Shown here piece by piece: positions 1 through 13,000 of a DNA stretch of 64,000 bases. Numbering within the stretch: position 1 is the first letter of the stretch; every line of letters begins with the position of its first letter. Position numbers and translations under genes: made by a program. The DNA is from Psilocybe cubensis (taxonomy: Eukaryota), in assembly GCA_017499595.2 (NCBI GenBank), contig CM039009.1:1860001-1924000 (forward strand), given 5' to 3'. The notes below the pieces were generated by a model. The model saw nothing but the letters and a program-made list of their open reading frames with translations. It made no database searches and was not told the DNA's origin.

Positions 1-2555
1 GTGCTACTGCCAATCATTCCGTATGTGGTTTATGACTTTCAGGATTGGATGGCGAACCTCGTATCTCGAACTGGATATGAGCAAATGATGGACGATGCAT
101 GGGAACGGACAAATGTACCATCCGACGGAATCATTGAAGACATTTTTCAAGGAACTGCTATTCGTGAATTCAAAGGTCCTGATAACAAGACACATTTCAG
201 TCTAACCGGAGATGAATCAACTGGGAGGTACCTTTTCTCAATGGGCTTTGACTTTTTCAATCCGCTTCGCAACCTTGCCAATGGAAAGAAGATATCTATT
301 GGAATTATTGCACTCGTCTGCCTGAATCTTCCAATCCATCTTCGATATAAGCCCGAGAACATGTTCTTGGCCGGAATAATTCCAGGACCCAAGGAACCTC
401 GACTTGACGCCATTAATCCATACATTCGGCCAATTGTTGACGTCTTTCTGCTGCTATGGAGAGGCATAAAACTAACGCGTACCGCAAAATATGATATTGG
501 GCGTATTATAGTATGCGCATTGATTGCCATCATCTGTGACCTACCTGCTGCCAGAAAAATAGGCGGATTTGCGGCCTGCACTCACGAATACTTCTGTTCT
601 GTCTGTTGGTGTACCAAAACAGAACATACCTTCAATAATTTTGAAGTGTCGACGTGGAGGAGGAGAACACGCTCTGAATGTCACAATCGCGCTGCTCAAT
701 TTCTCGCTGCCCCGACCTTGAAGCATGCACAGAGTTTGCTTGACAGATCAGGAATACGCTACTCTGAGCTCTGGAGGCTTCCGTATTTTGACCCAACAAA
801 ACATCTTGTTATCGACCCTATGCACAACCTGTTTCTAGGATTACTGAAGGAGCACTTCCAAAATATTCTTGGATATATACCAAAAGGCACAAAGGATAGA
901 AGGAGGCCAGAACTGTGGAATCCGGAAGAGGTTATCTCCGTTAACCTCACCTTTGATCCAGACAACCCGCTGCCAGATCACACAAAAGAACGGGCATCAG
1001 TTCGGAGGTTACTCGCATATCTCAAAGCCCCACTGGGGTTCAGTAAAGATGATGTAATATTGTGTGACGCAGCTGTCAGCCGCTGGAGCACTGTTCATTC
1101 ATCAGCACTAGTATTCATCGGTAGAGGATTGGGCTGCATTCCTCGGTCAGTGATGCCTGATGGGAAGGATACATCAGATCTATCCGGAAAGCGTCGCTTT
1201 ACAAAGAAAAAACTGGCACATATGCTCCTCACATGGGTAAATATTCGCAATGTCATAATTTGAAACTGGTATTGATATAGTAAAATTGTCAGAGGTTACA
1301 GCAGGTAGAAAACTCTGCTCCTGATACGAATAATCAACTGGTTCCTGGGGTAATTTTCACTCAGGACGAAATTGAAGCCATATGGTTGGATATCGAAACA
1401 GTTGTCAAACCATCTTGGGCAACATCGGTTCCGCCAACCATTACTTCGATCGGCCCAAAGCTCAAATCTGACCAATGGCGAAGCATTGGCACCCTTTTTT
1501 TGCCTATTTCTCTCTTGCGTTTATGGGGGAAAGAAGAACAAACCCAAGCGCGGAAGGACCTCCTTCATCTTACCATGTTACTTTGCTCGGCAATCTGTAT
1601 AGTGACGTCTCGAACTATTTCTCTCAAAGGTCAAGCTGACGAGTATAATAATTACATGATACAATATCGGAAAGAGCTCCAGCGGCTCTTTCCAAGATAC
1701 AAATGTCATCCCAACCATCATATGGCTATGCATATAGGAGAGTTTCTTAGTTTGTATGGACCCGTACATGGATGGTGGACATTTCCTTTCGAACGAATGA
1801 TTGGAACTCTACAAGGCATAAACACCAACTACAAGAAAGGTAACAGTATAGATAAAATTAAAGTGCTGGCATTAGAGACTAAAGTCAATTTAATTTTAGG
1901 GCAATTTGAACAGACCATTTCGAAGACTTGGCATCTGTCCTCAAATTTCAAATCATTGTTTGTCAAAAATATTTGCCCCCAGGCCATTCGAGATTGTGTC
2001 AGGATGTTTAACACACTGATCAAGCCTCAGAACAAGAACATGCTTGCAGAGGATACGGACACCGATGACGAAGATATGACATTTGTCGAGCAAACATCTC
2101 ACCGCAAGACGAGCCTTTCTCCTCAACAAATATCGGCCATACAGGCAAACCTTGAAGACCCCTATAAGCGTGTTCCAACATCAGCGTACGTTAAGAATCG
2201 AAGGGTCATTGACGGAATTTCATATTGTACAAACACAGTACACATGGGAAATAGCTGTGTACTCAGGAGGGGCTCCGACATCCCTTACTCGATTATCCAA
2301 ATTCTCGAGTTTGAAAACACCACTATCGGTAAAACATGGCTTTTAGTCCAACGGCACAAAAAGGCACCCGTTGAAGTAGATCCTTATACAAAATATTCTT
2401 ACTTGCGAGCAAAAATATGGGGGCTGGACTTGATGGAAGATATTGAAGCTATACCAATATCTCAGGTGGAAACACATTATTCAAAATGCCAGTTTAATTG
2501 GGCAGGTTCTGAAGTTATTGTAGTGGTTTCACTTTCCCGGGTCCATGTCATATAA
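1..2555 (+). CDS. CACTA/EnSpm-type (Transposase_21/Tnp2-like) transposase, 5' part outside the window; exons 1-1236, 1293-1839, 1900-2555
   Basis: Motifs DFFNP...LNLP..LRYKPENMFLAGIIPGPKEP, CDLPAARK, DPMHNLFLG and HPNHHMAMHI...YGPVHGWWTFPFERMIG are typical of fungal CACTA-type transposases. GT-AG intron 1237-1292 joins the two ORFs in frame (…LTW|RLQQVEN…). Probable in-frame 60-nt intron at 1840-1899. No stops or frameshifts seen. Confidence 0.9.
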
Positions 2556-5500
2556 TCTGATGCCATTTTGTACCTTTTCTTGTTGTCTAATCCATTGCTC
2601 TATTCACACCACAAAAATATACACCTAATTAAGAGATCAAAAAGCTTATGACTAGCAGTTTACTCCGGGTTGAGGGACGTCAGTCGGAGCGACCTTCAAT
2701 CGATCGGAGAACTGATACGTGAGACAACAACGGCAGATAGCTGGTAGAAGCGATGTATAACAAGTACATCACAGTCCTCGCGCACTGCCTCGCCCTTCTT
2801 GGAACGCTAACCACTCGAGTCCCCCATAGAACCCATCGAAAGAATAGAACCACCCACGCATCAAGATACGACAAACATGGAGAAGTTTGGGTCTTCAATG
2901 CGAGTGCGAGGAGGAGGTGCAGGATTGACTGTGGATGCGGAGAGTAATTCCACGTGATGTGTTGATGTTGATGTCAAGGCGAGGTTGCGGTGGTGCAGAA
3001 AGGTTCGGTAGCATGCATGGACTGGGTATGAAAGTGATTTTAAAGCTGCTCGACCATAGAGGAACGAACTGATGCTCGTCAGACCATCGGTTCACGTTTC
3101 TGTGCTGCAGGGAGGATGTCAGCGAGTCCGTATACTGCTTCTTGAACAGCACAATCGCAAAACGGGTGTAGAAACAAAAAAGGGGAATAAACCGGGTGCG
3201 GCCGAACCGCACAATTGACACAAGAGAGCGCAGTTTCCAGAGTTGTTATCGTTTTCCGTGTGCGATGTTGGAAAATATTAATAAGGGCCTGATAGGTGTT
3301 GATGGATGGAGGCACCGTTGAAGAAATCCATTGAACCATACATGCATGTAACACATAGGATGAAAAACATATCAGATCCGAACTTGTTAAAGCGTGTCAT
3401 GCACTCTACCTTCAACAACCTGCTTAACCAGCCGCCTTGAGAAGAGGTGGGGAGGGAAAGCGGACACTCACTGACACTTTTACGGGTACATGTGAAGAAT
3501 CGGCAGGTGCCTTTCAAAGAGGCGTGATAAGCTGTTGTCCCAACTTACCGGATGAAGCAGGCAAATTGCGACATTTGTGAGGGTGTGTCACTTGCGGGAA
3601 CGGTATAGACGACGAGCGGTGGTGGTAGAGTGTATTAAAAGCATAGAAAGGGGGCAGGGATACAGGACGTTGGACACACAATGGTTATTTGAAAAGGGGC
3701 CAATGAACTTTGAAAGACGGGACAGGGGTGGGGAGCGTAAATGCGCCATCTTCACCACGTCTGTGCTGAACTCCTCCATCTCCCTTACCTTACACTCACG
3801 ATGTCGAATGCGGTTGTGTACGGTGTTATCCAACTCCCTCTTCCCTTGCAGCAAATACGCAGAAACCTCGTCACACCGTCTTTCATTCCCCTTCCGTTGT
3901 CGGTTTCTACTTGTGTACCGGATCGTTGGAGGTGTTGTGGTGGCGACAGAGGAAGAAATACCGTTGGGGTGTATGTTCTTGGTACGCAGAGGTAAGAAGC
4001 GGTCGTTCAGGAAGCACATGGGTTGGACAACTAGGAGCTCAGTGGATTTGATGCAAATAAACACATTCGTGTAAAAGGAACTGGAAAGGAGGGAGGGAGA
4101 TTGGTGGCTTAGATGAGGTAAACACGACAATTAGGAAGTTGGGAAAATCCATAGAATTCAAACTCACGAGTGGAGCCTGGACGGAGGGAGAATGTGGGCA
4201 TGTGCGGGGGTAGAATAGTGGGAAGATATCCTCGTCTTTGCGTCGTCTAGGTAAATTTACCGGTTGACATCGTATGCGGAGTGCAAGTTGCTCTCACTTC
4301 TTCCCTTCAAAGTACAGCGCGGTAATTGCATTGCGCCATTTCTCATCATTGTCCGTCGGTACTGCTTCTATCGCTGTGTCTTGTGTTGTCGGAGGTAGTG
4401 GAGGTGAAGTAGGGTGAAGTCAACACCGAAGCACTGAGCAGACGGCGTTGGCGTGTTTGGCGTGTTGTGGATGTGGCAGACCTAATGTTCCGGTATGTGG
4501 CTCTGTGATGACTTTCCTTTGTTCCCAGTTGAATCGGCGGCGGAGGTACTCGTAGAGGGGCAAGGAAGGCAGAGTGTTGTATCAAATTGAGCTGGGAGGG
4601 ATAAGATGATGTGGGCATGGAGGTGGAAAAGGTAGTGGTGGAGGTCAGTGCACCTTGTCGCAATTCATCGTCGGACAAGATGTTGAAAAAAAAAAGAAAA
4701 ACCTTCGCTCGAGTCACGTTGGAGCGGAGTTATTATTGGCAGTGTTGCGAATGAAAGAACGGTCAAGGTAATAGTGATGCCGATGGTGGCGTGTTCGAGG
4801 GAAGATCGACAGCTAATAGCTATGGGCGTTGTTTATTGTGAAAATGATCATGATCATTTCACTTTGCTTTGCATTGCGTTAATTTTGGGATGGTTGGTGC
4901 TGATAAACACTGTGCCAACAAGGATCCCGATGACAGACTCAGAGTAAACAAGTGGCAGATAAGATACGAGCGAAAACGTATGATGTTGATTTTGATGGTA
5001 CCGTGAATACCCATGATCCCAGAGGGTGCGATTTTGAAAATTTCATCAAGGAGGAACTAGTGTAACCGGAAGATAGTAAATGTTTATGTTGCAATCTTGA
5101 ACGGAGTCAGGGCTTACTAGTAGTTGGAGGCCAAATGAACTAAGGACACTGCCATCTTTGGTATCATTCTGAAGCGAGATGGTATATCAGAAGTGGCACT
5201 GAAAAACAAACATCCTAGAATGAGTGGAGGGTCAACACTACCTGCCCATTCGATACCAAAGTTGTCTGCAGTTTCCGGTATAGAACCCACTGCATCCGAT
5301 GACGCAGGCAGTACATCGTCTCCTCTGGACTCGATGTCATAGACTGGACACCTTTTTGTGCGTATTGTCGAGGTTGACCTGGGCGTGTTTCAAGCACGCT
5401 CCGGTGCCTATCAGCAATTCTTCTTCTCCATCATCGTCACTTGATTCATGTTGAAATCGAACTGCTGTGGGAGTCCGAGCCTCATCCCCATCACCACTGG

Positions 5501-6556
5501 AAATGTATTGCGGCCTCGTACTCAGATGGACGCCATTGCCCCCTAAGCAAGGTCACGCCCTCTTGTAAAGTGGTCAGCCAAGTAGTGTGCTGGGCATTTG
5601 TGTTGAAAGTTGAACAATTGTAAAGAGATTGTCAACATTAGTGAAAAAAAGAGGCAAAGACATATTGCCGTATCTTACCCAATACGACCCCACGCTCGAC
5701 CAACACCGGCAATACGATGTGCACACTATATTTATCCTTGCCTGTGACCTCGTCCGTCAGACTACTGCCCACCTCGCGTGCACGGCATTGTACGATAACC
5801 TCCCAGCCCATGAAGCGCAGTAAGTCGGTGGCAATCATTGGGGTTGTTGTAGTTGAGCCTGGATATGGGAGTTCTGTGATGTCGAGGGTACTTGTAACCC
5901 GCAATCTGGACCGCTGGTGCCCTAGCACGCCAGCAGCAGCGCCTCGAGTTTGGCCATGAAAGCCGACGATGCAATAGCGAGGGGGAGGTGTGGTGCACTG
6001 CAACATCAAACAGCGGGGGGCACTGGTGGGTGTTGTCTTAGAAAATATTGAGACTAGATCTGCGAAGACACGTAGATGTGGATTTGGATCCCTCAGCATA
6101 TCTGGTTCGCCAGAACTCGGTAGATAAGAGATATAAACTGCAACATAAAGTCAGATACTGAGTGCCAGAAAATCAACAAACCTGTCACCCACCACTTACT
6201 ACCACATTCGCCGGACGTCCAAATACCACTTAATTAATCTGCAGCATGGTAGTTGTGGTTGGGGGTTAAGGCCGTTAAGGCCTTAAGGAGCGGCAATCAA
6301 ACTCTGGCTAAGGCATGCCGGCGAACCGAACTCCACAACAGAGGGTGGGAAGGGGCAGGGTATGCGGCTCTGACGGCGTCGTTCCACACGGCAATTGTAG
6401 GATAGCAAACATAACACATTATCTAACTCCTTTAAATTCGAATGGTCCTTACTCCAAGACAAATTTCCAGATCTGAGTAGCGACGCAAATCTCAAAAATA
6501 GACAATCACCGAAGTCTAATTATATGGTACTCAAAGTTATATTTAAGGATACAACT

Positions 6557-7533
6557 TTAATCCACTAAGTTATTGAGGGAAATCACGACCTCCACTAATG
6601 CACTGATTGAGTTTGTTTTATTAGAATGGCTGCCTTCGCGTCCACACCTGGGGCAGACGTGTAACCTGGAATATGGCCTAAATTGTTTTTTAAATGCCAT
6701 GATACAATCATGGCAAAATTGATGCCCGCAGCGCGCCAGACTGTATATTAATTGAGGAATAGAAATGAGGATGGATTAAAGATCAAGAGAAGGTAGCATA
6801 CAGGATGGGATTGTTGATGAGCCTCTGGCATAGTTGGCATTGACTATGTGAACGAACATAATCTCTCAGCTAGCAAGAATCAAAAATTGGACACAGTATA
6901 ATAGCGTAGCTTCTCCATACTTGAATCAGAGTCTCTTTGTTGATACCTGGAGACGGTGGTCGATCACCAATGGTAGCCTGTTTCAAATAGTAATATAATT
7001 ATTGATATGGTTGCACATAGACATGATGCGACACATACCTGCGTCAGTGTCTGTTCACTAAAAGTGGTTTCGAGTAATTTTATTGACTCGCCGAGGTCTC
7101 GTAAGCCCTGTTCCATGGCTCAGCATCTTAAAATCACATTCCATGTTGAACATTGAAAGAAAAACGTACGGCTTGAACATTAGATATGGCCTCAACTCTC
7201 TATACAACAAAGGTCAAGGTTTCCCGTGAGGATCCGTAAGTATAGGCCTTAGATATAGGATATATATATTCTTGCCTGAATCACATGGAGTCGGGAATGT
7301 TCAACGTTTTGTAAATCCTTATTGTAGGTTAATTTCAACTGGCTGATTTCCTATGTGCTGTCCGCTTGCGTGAAAAGAAAAAAAAGTAATTATTTCGACA
7401 AACATGTTCAATAAGCGTCATGGAAGCCTGTATTTCCTGCGGTATTCTCTGGTGATTGATCAGTAAAGGTGAGTATAATGATTATCTTCATAGAACTGAC
7501 TTGAATATGGCTTTGATTGTGATTGTGATTCAT
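6557..7533 (-). CDS. Coiled-coil + C3HC4 RING-finger protein (putative E3 ligase), 8 exons, ~186 aa
   Basis: Exons 7533-7501, 7448-7404, 7350-7276 (GC donor), 7199-7170, 7107-7039, 6977-6921, 6869-6802, 6740-6557 splice into one open frame ending …SQCQLCQRLINNPILLARCGHQFCHDCIMAFKKQFRPYSRLHVCPRCG…NNLVD*. Introns are 51-76 nt. TATAAA lies ~80 nt upstream. Confidence 0.85.
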
Positions 7534-8324
7534 GGAAATCTTCCGGAGGTTTCTAAAATGGTACAAACTGGGCGTCGAGAAGAATTGGCGTTTGTTCAAC
7601 ACCTCAGCTTTATAGGTAAAAAACCATAAAACCATAGCCGGATTTTGAGTGGCTTGTTCTCTGAGGGGATGTCAAATTTGTTTATTGGAACATGGATCTA
7701 CTTGGATCGATAACCATAGGAAATCAGGGTCCGTGGAGATGTTTAGATGCACCGATGGCGAATAAATTTGTTGAATGGGACTGTGTAGATGAATGATTGG
7801 ATGCATCAATGGCGAAGATTTTCCGTTTAATGACGATCTGAACGGATGACGTGCGACACGACGCAGTATGCCCTTGATGTCTGGCAGAGGCGTGGTCTAT
7901 GTGACCTTTATCCGACCCAACACGACGCAACATATGGACGTCCGGAGAGCCACAGAGAGCGGTTACTTGTCAAGGTGATTGTCAAGGTGACGGGAGGAAC
8001 GACACATCCCTGCTGGAGGTCACACGCCTCATTCTCTCTCGTTTTTAATCAGCCCTGCTCTGTGCGTTAGAGAATAGCTTTGATCGGTGATCAGAATGAT
8101 CAATGATCATCGTATACGCGCGGTGTCGTAGCAGCCGGCCAAACAACGGGCACGTTAATTCAACTCGTTGTTATCGCGCGCGTAAGTCTCAAACTAAACT
8201 GTGAACAAAAGGTGTCGAAATAGCAAAGATGCTTGTATGTCAGGATGTTTGCGAAGTCTCAATAGATATCATTCAACCAGCGACCATGTAGTACACAAAT
8301 ATGACACTACCGCGGCATAATCTT

Positions 8325-8769
8325 CTAGTTCCTCTTGTGGTTTTCTTTATGTGTGACTTTGCGGTATGCATCGGAAAGGAGCCTGTTTCTGAGTTTATAT
8401 ACCCTAATCTGCGTTGTAAGCGCAAATTTGGTCTATAGTAAGTCCAGCATGATCACAACATCCTTTATTAACTCTTTCTTTGTCAAATTTTCATCAAATA
8501 TACATACTTTATTCTGAAACTCGATGACACTTTCGGCTTGTGAAAGCGCTTTTCTTGTAGCTTGTGCTTCTTGTTGAAGCTGACCAAGTATGGCAAGAAG
8601 TTCTCTGTTATCCTACAAGGCTTGATCAATCACCAGCCTCAAAACTACCCTTAAATATCCAAACCTTTTCTGCGGCTTGGTATATGTGCATCATATCTGC
8701 TAGATGAGCACGCAATAATTCACTTTCAGTGCATGCTCTGGAAGGAGGGAGAGCCAGAGAGGACGTCAT
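8325..8769 (-). CDS. Small 3-exon helical/coiled-coil hypothetical protein (~105 aa)
   Basis: Manual splice: MTSSLALPPSRACTESELLRAHLADMMHIYQAAEK|DNRELLAILGQLQQEAQATRKALSQAESVIEFQNK|TKFALTTQIRVYKLRNRLLSDAYRKVTHKENHKRN*, with two phase-0 GT-AG introns. Confidence 0.6.
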
Positions 8770-10080
8770 TTTGAAGTGAATAGAGAGACGATACAAACGA
8801 GTCATGAGAGTACCCAGAAACTATCAGTTCTATTTAAAGAAATTCACAAATTTAATTTGCTAGGTGATCCACTTCTCGACTGGGGTGTAGAATAAGCAGA
8901 GTGCCAAAATTAGACTTGTGGTTTGGGACATGCATAAAGGTCCCGATGCGAGTGTCGATTATCTCCATACTTAGTTCCAACGCACGAATTGCTGCGCAGT
9001 GCCCTTATAGTATACCGCTAACCATAATGGTCCAGGTGCGGAAGGTATATCCTATGTTCATTCCACCCGGTTACTACCTCTTGCAAATGCGCAACTGCAG
9101 TTGGAATCATTGGGTCACGTACACAATCTAAATTAGTCCAAAACCAGCAAATAACCAGGAACTCGTCATAGTTACGACTCATCATAGCTGCGACGTTGTT
9201 CTCTCCCATAAACTCATCACCCAATTCGGACACCTACTTTCGGAGTGTAGGATTAAAATGGCATTTGGTTGTACAACGTGCAAATCAAGCTTACGAATCT
9301 TGTATAAAGGTTTTGCGAGTTTAAAGCCTCCTCCCCAATTACACCCAACCAAGTACCTTCAACAAACGTAGCGTTCTAAATGCTCAGAGGACTTTTTTTA
9401 AGCCTATCTTCAGCGCCTTCGGATTCCGGAACTGACATTGGGGCATCTGATGCCGTTGGTTCTGACAATCATAGCCCTGAGGAAATACCCCACCTGGAGG
9501 CAAACATCCTTGTAAGATAATATCAATACTCTAAGAAATATTAAACGGTTTAAAAGTTGTGGAACCAGGCGGAACCCAAGACACGTCGAGGCTCACGGAC
9601 AAGACGATCTTCCCCCTTAACTGTAAGTTGAGAATTTTACAGCCAATACTGCTTAATCGACTAATGTTTATCAGCGCTCTCGTTCAAAGCTCCGAATATT
9701 GGGCGACACGGGGGTGGAGCGACCCGAAGAGCCGATAGATAGTGGGACCTCTGGGCGTCCGTTGATAATTGGAAGCCTTCGGAATACAGTACGCTATATC
9801 CTATAAGTATGAGCTGCCAGAAATTTTCACACTGCGGCTCCGGAACGATTTAGGTTTCTGCAGCAGGAAGCCTAGACTCCGAAAACACGGAGACAGATCA
9901 AGACTGCCTGAGGGAGATATGTGAAAAGGCTCTCGTATGTGTTATATCAGCTAAGTATACGCTGAGAGACATGCTTATACAACATAGGGTGGATACCAAG
10001 AATCAGATGTTGTTACCGCAGCACGCATGATCGTGAGTTTAGCCTCATAAACGGAGCATTCACACGTCTCACAATGCATC

Positions 10081-13000
10081 GTGCGACAGCCTGGTAGTTT
10101 CAACTTTGGATCTGATGGAGAGGGCGAGCCGATCGAAACTACTCTAGGAATAATTTCGGTATGTGATGTTAATTCTCCATGGCAGTGGTACAAAAATGAT
10201 AACATTTTCATCAAGAACTCCCGAGAGAAGGGCCAAGAACACGCTGACTCAGAATATCGTGCCACGAACTTACAGGTGAGTTACGAAGTAACTGGGTTTT
10301 GACTTTCTTCAATGAATTCTATCAAATAGCGTGCGGGATCCAAGCGTAAACGGCAGGAAGACTCTGACTTGATGGTAAGTAAAAAATCCTTTGATTGTGC
10401 GGTGTATCAACATATACCCAAGGAAAAGATCAATTGGAATACGGAGTCAGCTCAGGATTCCCATAAACCGGCTGATGTTAACACCAACATTGATATCGGG
10501 GTATGTATGCCCTGTTATTTTTGAGTAACTTGCATAGATCATATTCATTGGTACTTCCACGCACTTAGATTTCACTTGAAGGGCCGCCTTCATTTAAAAG
10601 GTCGCGTGATGATACTAAAAACACAAATGATATGCAAGGTCGGGTAGGTTTAGTTTCATAGACTCCTCTACAACTCAAACATTTCTGACCTTAAAATATC
10701 GCATTAAGGATTCCAGAGGAGCGGAATGTTTAGTCAGTGGTGCATGGCTCTTCTAATAAGGACAACGCTCAGTTTGTTTCCCATAGGAATATGACGATAG
10801 GAATAAAGTTAGAATTATTGCGCCAACGTCATTTGATGATATCCAAGATACCGTGAGTTGAATGGTATAATTCAGGAAATATGCAGTGATTGAATAGTAA
10901 CTTCAGGCACGTAATATAAATCACAGTCTGGCAAAAGAGCTTGAGAATGCATATTCTATCATCAGGTTGTATGAGAGCCGTGAACAGGTATGTTATATCT
11001 CATTAGAAGTATCAAATTGCTAATCACCTATGTCAACAGGATACCCAGGACACCCAGAAAACCAATACAAGTACTTTACGTTCAGAGGATCTTGTAAGCC
11101 TCTGAGAGCAATAGCCATCAATATATTGAACTAATCCAACGAAATAGGCCAATGAAATGAATGGAAACGTCAGTCTCCAGCAGGAACGAGATTCTATACA
11201 AGAAACCTTTGTGGAAATGCTTCGAGTCCATGGTTCTACGACGGAACATACCGAGTTAGAGAAGCCACAGGAAGCACTTGATTCTGAAAAGGCGCAATAC
11301 CAGCTATTTGAGAAACAACTACAGGATGCGAACATTGCGACACAAGAAATGGAGAAGAAATTGCATCAAACTCAGATTGAACTACGGAACATGGCAAATG
11401 AACTCACTGAGGCAAAGGGTGGGCTTATTGATTCTGAGGAACGCTTGATAAAATTGCAGGCAGACTTCGAAAAGTCCGACATGGAAAAGATGAATGCTCT
11501 ATATTCTGCCAACCAGTTGGCTGAATACTACCGGACCCTCTTGATTGAGGAAAAGAATCACTGCAACACTATTTCTGCCAGAAATGAGGAGCAGATAGCC
11601 GAAATTATCAAGCGCGCAGACGAAGAACTCGCGGATAGCTGCTTGCTCGTTGAAGAAACTGCTCAGATATATGAAGCTACATTGGAAGACCGCCATAGGA
11701 GAGAAGTAGCCGAGAAATGTAAGGCCGAAGTCGAGAAAGCGGCGGCTATGGCAAAACAGTCCCAAGATGCTCTTGCATCCAAGGAAGTCGAACTTCGGGA
11801 AGCAAAGCTAGCCATTAGTCAACAGAAACATGAGCTGGACGCTTCCCTTGAAAGCCGGCGACTTCTTGAGGGTGAATGCGAGCGTATCCTACAACAAATG
11901 GATGACATCCAGAAGAATTACAATGGTAAACTAGCAGATCAGAGGGAGCGCGCAGAGGCCCATCGCTTGGAGATCTCGCAACTTGATGAAGTTATTCGTG
12001 ACCTGCAAGCCCAACTAAGACAATCGGGTCGTAACGAGCAGTCCGACAAACGAAGACTAGAGGAAGAACTTCGAGCCACTAAAAGATCTAATGAACAAGA
12101 GCGCCTTAAACTCCTCACTGATCACTCTTCAAAACTCAACGCCCAGTCACGAGAGCATCAAATCGAGGTGGATCGCCTTCGGGAAGAAGAAAGAGCTATG
12201 AAAAACCAGCTTGCGGATGTCAACATCCTCTTGCAGGAGAAAAGTGAATTAGTCATCTCATTAGAACAATCCAAACTCGGCTTGGAGACGGAACTGGATA
12301 ATCAAGCAAGGAAGATGGTATGTTGCAATGATGATGATGAATTGCTGTATTCATGGATAATAAAATATTTTAGGAGGAGTTGGTAACTGCACAAAATACT
12401 GTGCAAAATGAACTGGAACAATTTCGTAGTCAATGTGAGCAGCTTTCCAAGATAGTTGAACAGCAAGCCAAGGATATCGCAGAAGAAGAATCAATGGTAG
12501 TGGTTCGTTATTTCCCGGCAATGCTAGTGTGTCGCATTCTGATCATCTTTTAATTAGACACTCAATCGCGAAGTGGAAAGACTTACAAATGCTCAAAAGA
12601 GCGAGGATATCTATGAAGTAGAGAATAATACCACTATTACATCTGAACACGGTCACCCCAATCGTGTTGACAAGGGAAAGGGTAAAGAACGAGAAAGGAC
12701 ACCTGTCCTAGACCATATGCTTGTATGCTTTGCGTCTCGTCTTTTGTCTTCTCAGAGAGTCTCAGAGATATTTTTCATAGGCTAGCCCAGGCTTTCAGCC
12801 ACCCACGTCCTTATCATCATCGCAAAGCGCCGGTTTAGTAAGGCATATTCTTTACTTTCAGAATTCCGGGCTGATGGATCACCAAACTTTCAATTTATGC
12901 TCAGTCACGCGGCGTCAGGTTTGCTCCATGTCCCCATGTCGCCGCTGGCCCGTCCCGCAAGGGTTCAAGTCGTGAACAATCCCCGCCTCTTCTACCACCC

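Noticed and set aside
147-1057. Short ORFs overlapping the transposase on both strands
   Set aside because: Shadow frames of a well-supported CDS.
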